From contig CAVQEQ010000002.1 of the NCBI GenBank assembly GCA_963711565.1, positions 128,001 to 192,000 of the forward strand: DNA of 64,000 nucleotides, given 5' to 3'. Position numbers and translations under genes: made by a program. Positions 30,830 to 39,507 of the stretch are shown here, piece by piece (positions within the stretch are counted from its first letter, which is position 1; every line of letters starts with the position of its first letter). This stretch comes from an uncultured delta proteobacterium. GTDB taxonomy: Bacteria > Desulfobacterota > Binatia > Binatales > Binataceae. Under the pieces are notes generated by a model that ran no database searches, had not been told where the DNA came from, and was given only the letters and a program-made list of their open reading frames with translations.

Positions 30830-31657
30830 TCATCGAATGTCCGACTTCACAGAGCCGCAACGCACTGCGCGTGCGTAGTCGTGGTCGGTCTTACCGGCGC
30901 TGAGCACGTCGCCATCGCCGAAGAGCACGCCCCACGCGAGCATCGAACCGGGGGGCGGAACGATCGGACTGGGGGCGTAGGTCGAACCCGACCAGTAATA
31001 GCCTTTCGATGGGCCGGCAGACTCCGTGCAACTGCACTCCCTGGTATGCTTGGCGCCATCCACAGTACAGCCTGATGTGCAGTAATTGTTAAACGCCGCA
31101 TCTACCGGCGGAAGGTAGGTCTCGTAGTCCACGATGCTCTGCAGCTCCTTGACGTTTGGTATGCGCCAGTCGCAGTAGCGGGCGAAGCAGGGCGAGGTGT
31201 TGAGCTGAGCAACCCACTGGAAGATCGTCATTCCGCCGCCTGAGACGTTGCACGTCCCGTCGCCCGAGCAATCCGCGTCGGTGCCGCACACCGTGGTGGA
31301 GCTGTTCGAGCACGTCCCCTGCCAGGGGTAGGTGTTATCCCAGTTGTGGAGACCACCGCCGGCCTGGTCCTTCTTCTCCCACATGAGGTTGGTATTTTCG
31401 TCCGTGACAGTGCCATCGCCGTTGTCGCGGTATCTGAGCGGTGCGCCGGCCCTGATGTCACCGTCATCGCCGGCCACATAGGAAGTGGTCTGCCCCGTGG
31501 CAGGGAACTTCTGGGGTTCGAGAGAGGACGGGCAACCCTCGGCAGGTAGGGGAAATACTGCCGTCGCCTCCCCTTGGTCAGATTGGGTGTATCCAGCGCG
31601 CGCCCACAGTAGCGTGATACACACCGCAATAAGCGTCAGACTTGATTTTCCCATCAT
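30830..31657 (-). CDS. Secreted DUF1566 (Lcl C-terminal-like) domain protein
   Basis: Signal peptide, DNGDGTVTDENTNLMW, DWRIPNVKEL, YYWSGS, AWGVLF and RAVR. Confidence 0.88.
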   Translation of the reverse strand: MMGKSSLTLIAVCITLLWARAGYTQSDQGEATAVFPLPAEGCPSSLEPQKFPATGQTTSYVAGDDGDIRAGAPLRYRDNGDGTVTDENTNLMWEKKDQAGGGLHNWDNTYPWQGTCSNSSTTVCGTDADCSGDGTCNVSGGGMTIFQWVAQLNTSPCFARYCDWRIPNVKELQSIVDYETYLPPVDAAFNNYCTSGCTVDGAKHTRECSCTESAGPSKGYYWSGSTYAPSPIVPPPGSMLAWGVLFGDGDVLSAGKTDHDYARAVRCGSVKSDIR

Positions 31658-31858
31658 ACTTGTCCCCTCTGGAATGGAAGTTCTCTTCTGTGCGCCAACT
31701 CTGTCAAGCGGCGCTCGTTGTGCCAAGCACAGTAAAGGCGGCGGATACCTCAGTAGCGGCCGAGTTGCCGGCCGAAATCCTCGACGTGAGAATCAGTAGC
31801 AGGATGAGCGCGGTACTCGCCGCTCGACCGACCTCGTTCGGCCGTGCGCGAGGCAGCA

Positions 31859-32491
31859 TCAGAATTTGACCTGGGGTACCTGTTGGGCTTGGTCGGAGAT
31901 CGTGAAGGTCTCGCGGACTTTCATCTCAGGGTAGAGGATCGCGGCTATCCAGCGCTGCGGGATAGTCCTGAGCGCGGTGTTGTACTCCTGCACAGCGAGA
32001 ATGTAATCGCGGCGCGCCACCGTAATGCGATTCTCGGTGCCCTCGAGCTGCGACTGAAGCGCAAGAAAATTCTGATTCGACTTAAGGTCGGGGTAAGCCT
32101 CGGCTACCGCGAGCAGGCGGCCCAGTGCGCCGCCGATGGCGGCCTGGTTCTGCTCGAACTCATGAAAGGCCTGCGGGTTTGACAGGATGTCTGCCGGAAG
32201 CTGCATCTGGGTTGCATGCGCGCGCGCTTCGGTCACCTGGGTCAGCACCTGCTGCTCCTGATGAGCATAACCCTTGACCGTCTCGACAAGGTTCGGGATA
32301 AGGTCGGCGCGGCGCTGATATTGATTCAGCACCTCGCTCCAGGCGGCCTTCACTTGCTCGTCGAGTGTCGGAATCTTGTTGACGCCGCATCCAGACAGGG
32401 ATGGCAGCATCAATCCAAAGACTACGATGAGAGTTAGCTCGCGGAAGTGCTTCACTCGAAACAAGGTGACACCTGTGTGAAGGTGCGACAT
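31859..32491 (-). CDS. lemA: LemA-family protein
   Basis: QYQRRADLIPNLVETVKGY, EAYPDLKSNQNF and LEGTENRITVARRDY; lipobox LSGC. Confidence 0.93.
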   Translation of the reverse strand: MSHLHTGVTLFRVKHFRELTLIVVFGLMLPSLSGCGVNKIPTLDEQVKAAWSEVLNQYQRRADLIPNLVETVKGYAHQEQQVLTQVTEARAHATQMQLPADILSNPQAFHEFEQNQAAIGGALGRLLAVAEAYPDLKSNQNFLALQSQLEGTENRITVARRDYILAVQEYNTALRTIPQRWIAAILYPEMKVRETFTISDQAQQVPQVKF

Positions 32492-32538
32492 TAACCGCTC
32501 CGCGTCAAGAGAACTCGAAGCGGACGGGATGCGGGCAA

Positions 32539-32577
32539 CCTAACCCCTAACCCCTTCCCATGTGGGAAGGGGAACAA
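32539..32577. repeat. REP-like palindrome CCTAACCCCTAACCCCTTCCCATGTGGGAAGGGGAAC
   Basis: CCCCTTCCCA-TG-TGGGAAGGGG inverted repeat in the intergenic gap. Confidence 0.65.
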
Positions 32578-32592
32578 TCGCGGGAAAAATGA

Positions 32593-33120
32593 TCAGGCGC
32601 CTTCGCGGCTCTTGAAGCGGTGCTGATTCGGCTCGGGCGGCATAGTCAGTAGCTCGCGCGAATAGATCTCGCCAAGATACTCGATCAGATTTCGCATCGA
32701 GACTACCGCGGTCGGGCGGCCGTCGTCGTCGACCAGCGGAATGTGACGGAATCCCTCGAGCACCATCTTGCTCAGCGCGAACGCAACGTTGGCGTCGGAG
32801 GGGAGCGTGAACGGATCGGCAGTCATCGACGCGGACACGGGGGTGTGCATGAGGTCGAGCGGCTGGCCGGCGACCTTCATCAGAATGTCGCGCTCGGTGA
32901 AGATGCCGGCGAGGCGGTCGTCTTCCATTACGAGGACGCATGCGCGCCGCTCCTGCTGCATCAGGTGAATCGTGTCGGCGAGAGTGGAGGTCGAGGAGAC
33001 CATCAGCGCCGGCTGCGAGACCACCTCGCTGAGCGCAGTGTTCGCGAGCGCGGACTCGAGAACCTGGGGGCCGGGATGTTCGTCGTCGAATAGCTCGCGG
33101 TCATCGTCGTCGATCGCCAT
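32593..33120 (-). CDS. CBS-domain-pair protein
   Basis: LAGIFTERDIL and FRHIPLVD. Confidence 0.88.
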   Translation of the reverse strand: MAIDDDDRELFDDEHPGPQVLESALANTALSEVVSQPALMVSSTSTLADTIHLMQQERRACVLVMEDDRLAGIFTERDILMKVAGQPLDLMHTPVSASMTADPFTLPSDANVAFALSKMVLEGFRHIPLVDDDGRPTAVVSMRNLIEYLGEIYSRELLTMPPEPNQHRFKSREGA

Positions 33121-33212
33121 GGTCATCCCTCCGATGCCGATACGCATAGCCTAGGCCGTTGCCAAGTTTAGGGCAAAGGGCGCGAGCGACCTGCGTGAAG
33201 GTTAGGAGACGA

Positions 33213-33818
33213 CTAGCCGGACGCCACGATCATTTCCTCGACGTCACGCAGCCGATCCTTGCCGAAGAAGATCTCGTTGCCGACGTAAAACGTCGGTGAG
33301 CCGAAGGTGCCGCGCTCAACTGAGCGATTGGTGTTCTCGATTAGTTCGTCCTTCACCGGCCTGGTTTCGATTAGCTCGAGGATTTTTGGAGTGGGCAGCC
33401 CCGCTTCGTCGAGCGCCACGCGAAAAATATTGGGGTCGTCCATCTTTTTGGGGGCAGCCCACATGTTGCGGTACATCTCGTCCACGTAGCGCTCGAACAC
33501 ACCGAGCGACCGCGCGGCGATAGCTCCCCGCATCATCATCAGAGTGTTTACAGGAAAGAAGGGGTTGCTCTGAAAACGCGTAATCCCATGGCGTTTGATG
33601 AAGCGGGCCATTTCAAGCCGCTCGTACTCCGGCTTGTTCCTGATCCCCACCAGGCTTTGCGCGGGCGACCGATTATTGGTCATCTTGAACACACCGCCGA
33701 GCAACACGGGCACGTATTCGAACTTCGCTCCCGTGCGCTTTTCGATTTCCGGAATCACGAGATGGCTCAGGTATGCGTTAGGACTGCCGAAGTCGAAGTG
33801 AAATTCTACTTTGACCAT
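33213..33818 (-). CDS. 2-hydroxychromene-2-carboxylate isomerase/kappa-class GST (DsbA-like)
   Basis: FHFDFGSPNAYL and GTFGSPTFYVGNEIFFGKDRL. Confidence 0.9.
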   Translation of the reverse strand: MVKVEFHFDFGSPNAYLSHLVIPEIEKRTGAKFEYVPVLLGGVFKMTNNRSPAQSLVGIRNKPEYERLEMARFIKRHGITRFQSNPFFPVNTLMMMRGAIAARSLGVFERYVDEMYRNMWAAPKKMDDPNIFRVALDEAGLPTPKILELIETRPVKDELIENTNRSVERGTFGSPTFYVGNEIFFGKDRLRDVEEMIVASG

Positions 33819-33823
33819 AGGGC

Positions 33824-34567
33824 TCACCATTTTTCTCCGAAGGGACGGATCTCCTGCTCGAAGGTCCACGCGTCGCGCGGCTGCTGGTAGAGCTGCCAAT
33901 AGGTTTCAGCTACGGCGGCGGGTCTCATGAGGCGCCCCGGGTCAAGGTTCTTCATCGCCTCGTCACCTTCTCGCTCCCTGATTCGATCGCGTACCCATGC
34001 GGTATCGACGCCCGCGTCGATTATGAGATGAGCGACGTGGATATTCTTCGGGCCGAGCTCGCGCGCGGCGCTTTGCGCAACCGCGCGCAGGCCGAATTTC
34101 GCGGCCGCGAATGCGGCGTAACCGGCGCCGCCGCGCAGGCTGGCGGTGGCGCCGGTGAAGAATATCGCTCCGCGACCGCGCGGGATCATCAGGCGCGCGG
34201 CCTCACGCCCAGCGACGAAACCGGAGTAGCAGGCCATCTCCCAGACCTTGCGGAACACGCGGTCGGTGGTCTCGAGCAGCGAGAAATTGACGTTGGCGCC
34301 AATATTGAAGATGCACACTTCGAGCGGCGCCTGCTTGTCGGCGTCGTGCAGGAATGCGGTGAGGTCATCTTCCTTGCGCGCGTCGAGCGATCGCGCGGAG
34401 ATTCTGCCCCCGCCTGCCTCGACCTCGGCAACCAATGGCGCGAGCTTGTCGCCTTGCCGGCGGCCCGCGAAAACAGTGAAACCTTCGGCCGCGAATTTTT
34501 TGGCGATTGCGCCGCCGATATAATCGCCGGCGCCGATCACTGCCGCCGTTGCATTTCTGTGCTCCAA
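33824..34567 (-). CDS. Atypical SDR (FxxxK instead of YxxxK)
   Basis: GAGDYIG, FAAAKFGLR, HVAHLIIDAGVD and AWTFEQEIRP; AGGAGG RBS then TTG. Confidence 0.88.
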   Translation of the reverse strand: MEHRNATAAVIGAGDYIGGAIAKKFAAEGFTVFAGRRQGDKLAPLVAEVEAGGGRISARSLDARKEDDLTAFLHDADKQAPLEVCIFNIGANVNFSLLETTDRVFRKVWEMACYSGFVAGREAARLMIPRGRGAIFFTGATASLRGGAGYAAFAAAKFGLRAVAQSAARELGPKNIHVAHLIIDAGVDTAWVRDRIREREGDEAMKNLDPGRLMRPAAVAETYWQLYQQPRDAWTFEQEIRPFGEKW

Positions 34568-34586
34568 AGGGAAATCCTCCTTGCGT

Positions 34587-35186
34587 CTAACGGCGGCCGG
34601 TCGCGCGGACCTTGCCATGCTTAATCACTCGCTTGGCGGTACTCTTCAATATCAACTCTGAAAGGTCTTCGTCACTCACCGCACGCGCGAGAATCAGCGC
34701 GCCGGCCATGGAAGCGAACGCGACGATCGCGTCCTCGTAGCGGTGTCCTTTCCGATCATCGGGCATCAACCGGGATAGAAATTCGAGATCGTCTTTTATC
34801 TCCCGGGTGAAGGCCTTACGAACGCGGCGCGGTTGCCGGGCGATGTCGGTGCCGAGGGCGGCGACCACGCAGCCGGTGCCGGGCGCGTCGCGATGAGCAC
34901 GCGACAGGTAACTGTCCACGATCGCCGGCAGCGCACGCTTGCCCGGGTTGCGCTCGAGCGCTCGCTGCCAGACGCGCTTGCCGCGCGCCAGCGCGAAGCG
35001 AATCGCTTCCGCCGCGATAGCCTCCTTGGAGCCGAACTGGCTGTAGAGCCCGCCGTGAGTAAGGCCGGCATCTTCGGTAATCGAGTCAACGCCGGTCGCG
35101 GCGATACCCTGCTCGCGGAACAGACGCGCGGCAGAAGTCAGGATTCGTTGGCGGTTATGCGCAGCCTTTTCTTTGGAAACCCGCAT
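34587..35186 (-). CDS. TetR-family regulator
   Basis: AGLTHGGLYSQFGSK HTH and HRDAPGTGC. Confidence 0.9.
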   Translation of the reverse strand: MRVSKEKAAHNRQRILTSAARLFREQGIAATGVDSITEDAGLTHGGLYSQFGSKEAIAAEAIRFALARGKRVWQRALERNPGKRALPAIVDSYLSRAHRDAPGTGCVVAALGTDIARQPRRVRKAFTREIKDDLEFLSRLMPDDRKGHRYEDAIVAFASMAGALILARAVSDEDLSELILKSTAKRVIKHGKVRATGRR

Positions 35187-35215
35187 CCACCTCTCCAACT
35201 GTTTGCGATCTGTAC

Positions 35216-35273
35216 TTGACACATATGATTACGAGCGTCATTAATATGCCAAACATGACGAGCGCCATCAATA
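35216..35273. promoter_or_regulatory. Divergent promoter region with TTGACA and two near-palindromic operators ATGACG-AG-CGTCAT
   Basis: TTGACA at 35216; ATTACGAGCGTCAT (35228-35241) and ATGACGAGCGCCAT (35255-35268) are each one mismatch from a perfect inverted repeat. Confidence 0.65.
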
Positions 35274-35291
35274 GGGCGGGTGGGAGTGATC

Positions 35292-36023
35292 ATGAGCGAA
35301 TCCAGCTCGGGAAAATCAGGCAAAGTTTGCGTTGTGGTCGGCGTCGGCGAAGGCCTTGGCATGGCGCTCGCGCTGCGCTTCGCCGCGGGTTACAAGGTGG
35401 CGCTGATCGCCCGCAGCGCCGAGGTTATCGGCAAGACCGCCAGCGAGATCAAGTCGGCAGGTGGCGTCGGGCTTCCAATCCAGAGTGACGCGACTATCGA
35501 ATCGGATATAGCAACCGCGCACGAACGAATTGAGCGCGAACTCGGGCCAGTCGAAATCCTCATCTACAATGGCGGCCGTCGTCCAATGGGCCGCCTGATG
35601 GACACCACTCCCAAGGTGTTCGAGGAGACCTGGCGAGTGCATACGTTCGGCGCATTTCTGTGGGCGCGGCAAGTCGTGCCTGAGATGCTCTCACGTGGCA
35701 GCGGCGCGATTCTTATCACTGGCGCGACCGCGGGCATCAGGCCGTGGCCGACTTCGGCAGGGTTCGCGCCCGCGAAGTTTGCAGTGCGCGGTCTCGCCGA
35801 AGTGATGTCCCGCGATCTTCATCCACAGGGCATTCACGTGGCATACGTTAACGTCAACGGCGGCATCGACATGCCGCTGCTCAGGAAGTTCCGTCCCGAT
35901 TCAAAGGACGAAGACTTGCTCAAGCCGTCGGCGATTGCCGACGCGTTCTGGTACCTTGCGCATCAGGATCGGAGCGCATGGAGCCATGAGCTCGATGTCA
36001 GACCCTTCAAAGAAAAGTTCTAG
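35292..36023 (+). CDS. Atypical SDR (FxxxK)
   Basis: GVGEGLG, FAPAKFAVR and QDRSAWSHELDVRP. Confidence 0.88.
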   Translation: MSESSSGKSGKVCVVVGVGEGLGMALALRFAAGYKVALIARSAEVIGKTASEIKSAGGVGLPIQSDATIESDIATAHERIERELGPVEILIYNGGRRPMGRLMDTTPKVFEETWRVHTFGAFLWARQVVPEMLSRGSGAILITGATAGIRPWPTSAGFAPAKFAVRGLAEVMSRDLHPQGIHVAYVNVNGGIDMPLLRKFRPDSKDEDLLKPSAIADAFWYLAHQDRSAWSHELDVRPFKEKF

Positions 36024-36045
36024 GGCGGATGCCGCTGCTGCTGCC

Positions 36046-36686
36046 ATGACGAATGATCTAACTCTATGGGGAGTCGGAACGAGCCGCACGATGCGGCCTC
36101 ATTGGATGCTGCTGGAACTGGGCTTGGAGTACAAGTTTCACGCGATAGGTTCGCGCACTGGAGAGACCAAGACCGATGAGTTCATGCGGATCAATCCGCG
36201 GCATAAGATTCCAGTCCTTCGCCATGGGTCTTTCATCTTAACCGAGAGCGCGGCAATCATTCAGTACTTGAGTGAGACCTTTAGCAGTCCCGAATTGATA
36301 GCAGTCCCCCGCGATGCTGAGAGTAGGGCCGCTTTGAACGAATGGTGTTATTTCATCGCGACGGAGCTGGACGCCGGTTCGCTCTACGTGATGAGACGCC
36401 ATGTAGGCCTCGAGCACGTCTATGGCGCTGCGCCAAAGGCGGTAGAAGCCGCCAGGAACTACTTCATGGAGAACGCCGAAGCGATGGCCCCCAGGATCGC
36501 GAAGTCGGGCCGATATCTAATGGGCGATCGGATCAGCGTGGCCGATATCCTTCTGATGACTTGCCTTGATTGGGCAGTTACCGACCGAATTCCATTATCC
36601 GACACCTTGCATGAGTATCGCTCACGTGTAGCTAGCCTGCGGCGTACCAGAAGGCTCTTGAGAGGAATTTTCCGGCGAGGGGTTAG
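36046..36686 (+). CDS. Glutathione S-transferase (apparent 1-bp frameshift near 36637)
   Basis: INPRHKIPVL, LTESAAIIQYL and ISVADIL; the natural-looking C-terminus AYQKALERNFPARG* lies in another frame. Confidence 0.8.
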
Positions 36687-36723
36687 TCCTCGCCAAACTG
36701 ATCGGCAACGAGGAGTAAGGAAA

Positions 36724-37935
36724 ATGCCGGGTGCTATGGAAGGAGTGCGAGTACTCGACCTGACGACGATGGTTGCAGGGCCGGTCGCGACTATGATGCT
36801 CGCCGACCAGGGCGCCGAAGTTATCAAGGTCGAGTCGCCGCATGGCGATCTTATGCGGCATTTCAGCCGTGGACGCAACGGCATGAACGCAGCCTTCCTT
36901 AGCTGCAACCGGAACAAGCGCTCGCTGGCTGTAGATCTTAAGTCAGCAGATGGTCTTGAGATTCTCAAACGGTTGATAGCCACTGCGCAAGTGTTCGTTC
37001 ACAACTTCCGCCCCGGAATTGCGGAGCGGATGGGTCTCGGCGAAGAGATAGTAAGAGCTATTCGGCGCGACATAGTTTACGTATCGATCACCGGATATGG
37101 AACGAAAGGCCCCTATGCCAACCAACGCGCCTACGATCCGGTGATCCAGGCTATGTCTGGCCTCGCGGACATCCAGCGTGACAGAGATACCGGACGTCCC
37201 AGGATGGTGCGAACTATCATCGCGGACTATACGACCGCCTTGACCGCGGCGCAGGCGATAACCGCGGCGCTTTTCGCGCGCGAACGGACCGGCGGAGGGC
37301 AGCACGTCCGGATCTCGATGCTCGACGCAATGATCTCCTATCTGTGGCCCGAAGCTATGCCCAGCCTGACCTTCGTAGGTGACGAGACCGATCCCTCTGA
37401 CGGCGAGGTCGGTCCCGATCTCGTATTCGCCACGCAGGACCGTTATATAACCGCGGCTGCGCTGTCAGATGACGAATGGGCCGGCATGTGCCGGGCGCTG
37501 AATCGGCAGGAACTCATCGACGATCTCCGCTTCAAGACTGCACGCGATCGATCGGTAAATGCGGTCGAACGGCGCACGATAACCTCGGCGGAACTGGAGA
37601 AATGGCGCGCGGACGAAATCCTGCCGCGGCTACTCGCCAACGACGTTCCATCCGCACCGGTGGTGAGCCGTTTCGAGCTGCTGCATGACAAACAGGTCAG
37701 CGAGAATCATATCCTCGAGGAGTTTGACAGCGAACAATTCGGCAAGGTGCGGATGCCACGGCCGGCTGCGCTATTCGATCGCACGCCGGCAAAGATCCGC
37801 GCGCTCGCGCCCCGACTAGGCGCGGACAACGCCGCTATCCTCGCAGAGCTTGGCTACGACGCAGACGACATCACGCGCCTTGAGAGCAACAAGGTCGTGC
37901 ACAACTCAGTGAAGAAGGAATCCGCTGGTGGATAA
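36724..37935 (+). CDS. CaiB/BaiF family III CoA-transferase
   Basis: Own AGGAG RBS, GVRVLDLT, GAEVIKVESP, NRNKRSLAVDLK and YDPVIQAMSG. Confidence 0.92.
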   Translation: MPGAMEGVRVLDLTTMVAGPVATMMLADQGAEVIKVESPHGDLMRHFSRGRNGMNAAFLSCNRNKRSLAVDLKSADGLEILKRLIATAQVFVHNFRPGIAERMGLGEEIVRAIRRDIVYVSITGYGTKGPYANQRAYDPVIQAMSGLADIQRDRDTGRPRMVRTIIADYTTALTAAQAITAALFARERTGGGQHVRISMLDAMISYLWPEAMPSLTFVGDETDPSDGEVGPDLVFATQDRYITAAALSDDEWAGMCRALNRQELIDDLRFKTARDRSVNAVERRTITSAELEKWRADEILPRLLANDVPSAPVVSRFELLHDKQVSENHILEEFDSEQFGKVRMPRPAALFDRTPAKIRALAPRLGADNAAILAELGYDADDITRLESNKVVHNSVKKESAGG

Positions 37936-38635
37936 AAAGAATCCTATCGCAGTTGTTACCGGGGTAGGACCTGGCACTGGCGCTGCAATTGCGCGACGCT
38001 TAGCGAGCGGCGGCTACGCGGTTGCGATGCTCGCACGGAATCGCGATCGCCTCGCCGCGCTCGAGCGGGAGATCCCCAACTCGCATGCCTATCAATGCGA
38101 TGTAACCGATGAAGCGCAGCTTGATGTTACTCTTGATGCGATACGCGCGACGCTCGGCGCGCCCAGGGTGTTGATTCACAATGCGGTTGGTGGCGCGTTC
38201 GGGAACTTCATGGAAATCGATCCCAAAGTGCTTAATCAGAATTTCCAGGTGAATACGATGGCGCTGCTGTATCTCGCTCGGCGTCTCGCGCCTGCGATGA
38301 TCGCCGCGGGCGAAGGCGCGATCATCGCCAGCGGCAATACGTCCGCACTTCGCGGCAAGGCCAGCTTTGCCGGGTTCGCACCGACCAAGGCGGCGCAGCG
38401 GATTCTCGCGGAGTCGATGGCGCGCGAGCTAGGACCCAAAGGTGTGCACGTCGCCTACGTGCTGATCGATGCGGTCATCGACCTGGAGTGGACGCGCAAG
38501 CGTTTTCGCGATGCCCCCGACGAGTTCTTCATCAAACCTGCCGCCATAGCCGACGAGGTCTGGCACGTCGCGCATCAGGATCGCTCCGCGTGGTCATTCA
38601 ACGTCGAGGTCAGGCCGTATCGCGAAACCTGGTGA
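37928..38635 (+). CDS. Atypical SDR (FxxxK)
   Basis: TGVGPGTG, FAPTKAAQR, HVAYVLIDAVID and QDRSAWSFNVEVRP. Confidence 0.88.
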   Translation: MDKKNPIAVVTGVGPGTGAAIARRLASGGYAVAMLARNRDRLAALEREIPNSHAYQCDVTDEAQLDVTLDAIRATLGAPRVLIHNAVGGAFGNFMEIDPKVLNQNFQVNTMALLYLARRLAPAMIAAGEGAIIASGNTSALRGKASFAGFAPTKAAQRILAESMARELGPKGVHVAYVLIDAVIDLEWTRKRFRDAPDEFFIKPAAIADEVWHVAHQDRSAWSFNVEVRPYRETW

Positions 38636-38664
38636 GCGACAGGTCTTACCTGGAGGAAGGACTG

Positions 38665-39465
38665 ATGAGCGACTTGCGGATATTTTCCTATCTGCCTAAC
38701 CCGCGCATTTGGAAAGCTACTATCGCGGCGCGTCTTTGTGGTGTCGACGTTGAGGTAAGAGGAACCTCGCCCAAGGAGCTTCAATCATGGCTATGGGACT
38801 TCGACGCGCGACCGCTCTCGAGCAGCGAGCTGGCTAGGTCTACTGACAATACGAAAGGCAAGGTCGGCTTCACCGGAACTTTACATAAGACTGCGGCGTT
38901 CATGGACGCGCATCCGTTTGGCACTGTTCCAGCCGCTTTCAGTCCTGACGGTAAGACCGGCATTTTCGAATCTAACAGTATCATGCGAGCCGTAGCCCGC
39001 CTCGGCGAAAAGCGATTACCGCTGTATGGCCGCGATGCCTATGAAGCGGCACGGGTGGACAGTTTCCTCGACGCGAGTCTCGTGTTCGCGCGCGACTCAC
39101 AGATTTATTTGCTTTCTTTGATCAGTGGAACGTTGTCGCCTGAGATTCATTCGAGAATGCGCGATAGCTTCGCGGTCTATCTGGCAGGAATCAACCAGGC
39201 GCTTTTGCCCAACCGCGAATTTCTGGTTGGTGAAAATATTTCCATCGCGGACATCTGCTTCGCTGCCGAGTTGGCTTTGTTCTTCAACGAGAAGGCGCGT
39301 ACCGGCGAGCTTGAGAAGAAAGGGCTCGAACCGATTCTGCATCACGGCACTGATGCGGAATTTTCGCGTGTCTTTGCCCACTTCTCCCGACTGCGCAAGC
39401 ACGCGGCGTTCGCGCCTGACATGGAGCCTTACCTGAAAAAATTCGAATCCTCGAAACCAATTTGA
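38665..39465 (+). CDS. GST-family protein with EF1B-gamma-like N-terminus
   Basis: GGAGG RBS, SYLPNPRIWKATIAA, PFGTVPA, IFESNSIMRAVAR and ISIADIC. Confidence 0.8.
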   Translation: MSDLRIFSYLPNPRIWKATIAARLCGVDVEVRGTSPKELQSWLWDFDARPLSSSELARSTDNTKGKVGFTGTLHKTAAFMDAHPFGTVPAAFSPDGKTGIFESNSIMRAVARLGEKRLPLYGRDAYEAARVDSFLDASLVFARDSQIYLLSLISGTLSPEIHSRMRDSFAVYLAGINQALLPNREFLVGENISIADICFAAELALFFNEKARTGELEKKGLEPILHHGTDAEFSRVFAHFSRLRKHAAFAPDMEPYLKKFESSKPI

Positions 39466-39507
39466 TTCACGCGATGAGGCTGCACGTTGAGAATACTATC
39501 TGTCGAA

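Noticed and set aside
31294-31304. 11-bp match TGGTGGAGCTG to the tRNA-Ala 3-prime end (41550-41560) as a possible att site
   Set aside because: Short, inside the DUF1566 coding sequence and with no integrase nearby; plausibly chance
35935-37935. 666-aa GST/CoA-transferase fusion in the ORF track
   Set aside because: The natural-looking GST C-terminus (AYQKALERNFPARG*) is in another frame and the transferase has its own RBS and ATG at 36724; best explained by a 1-bp deletion
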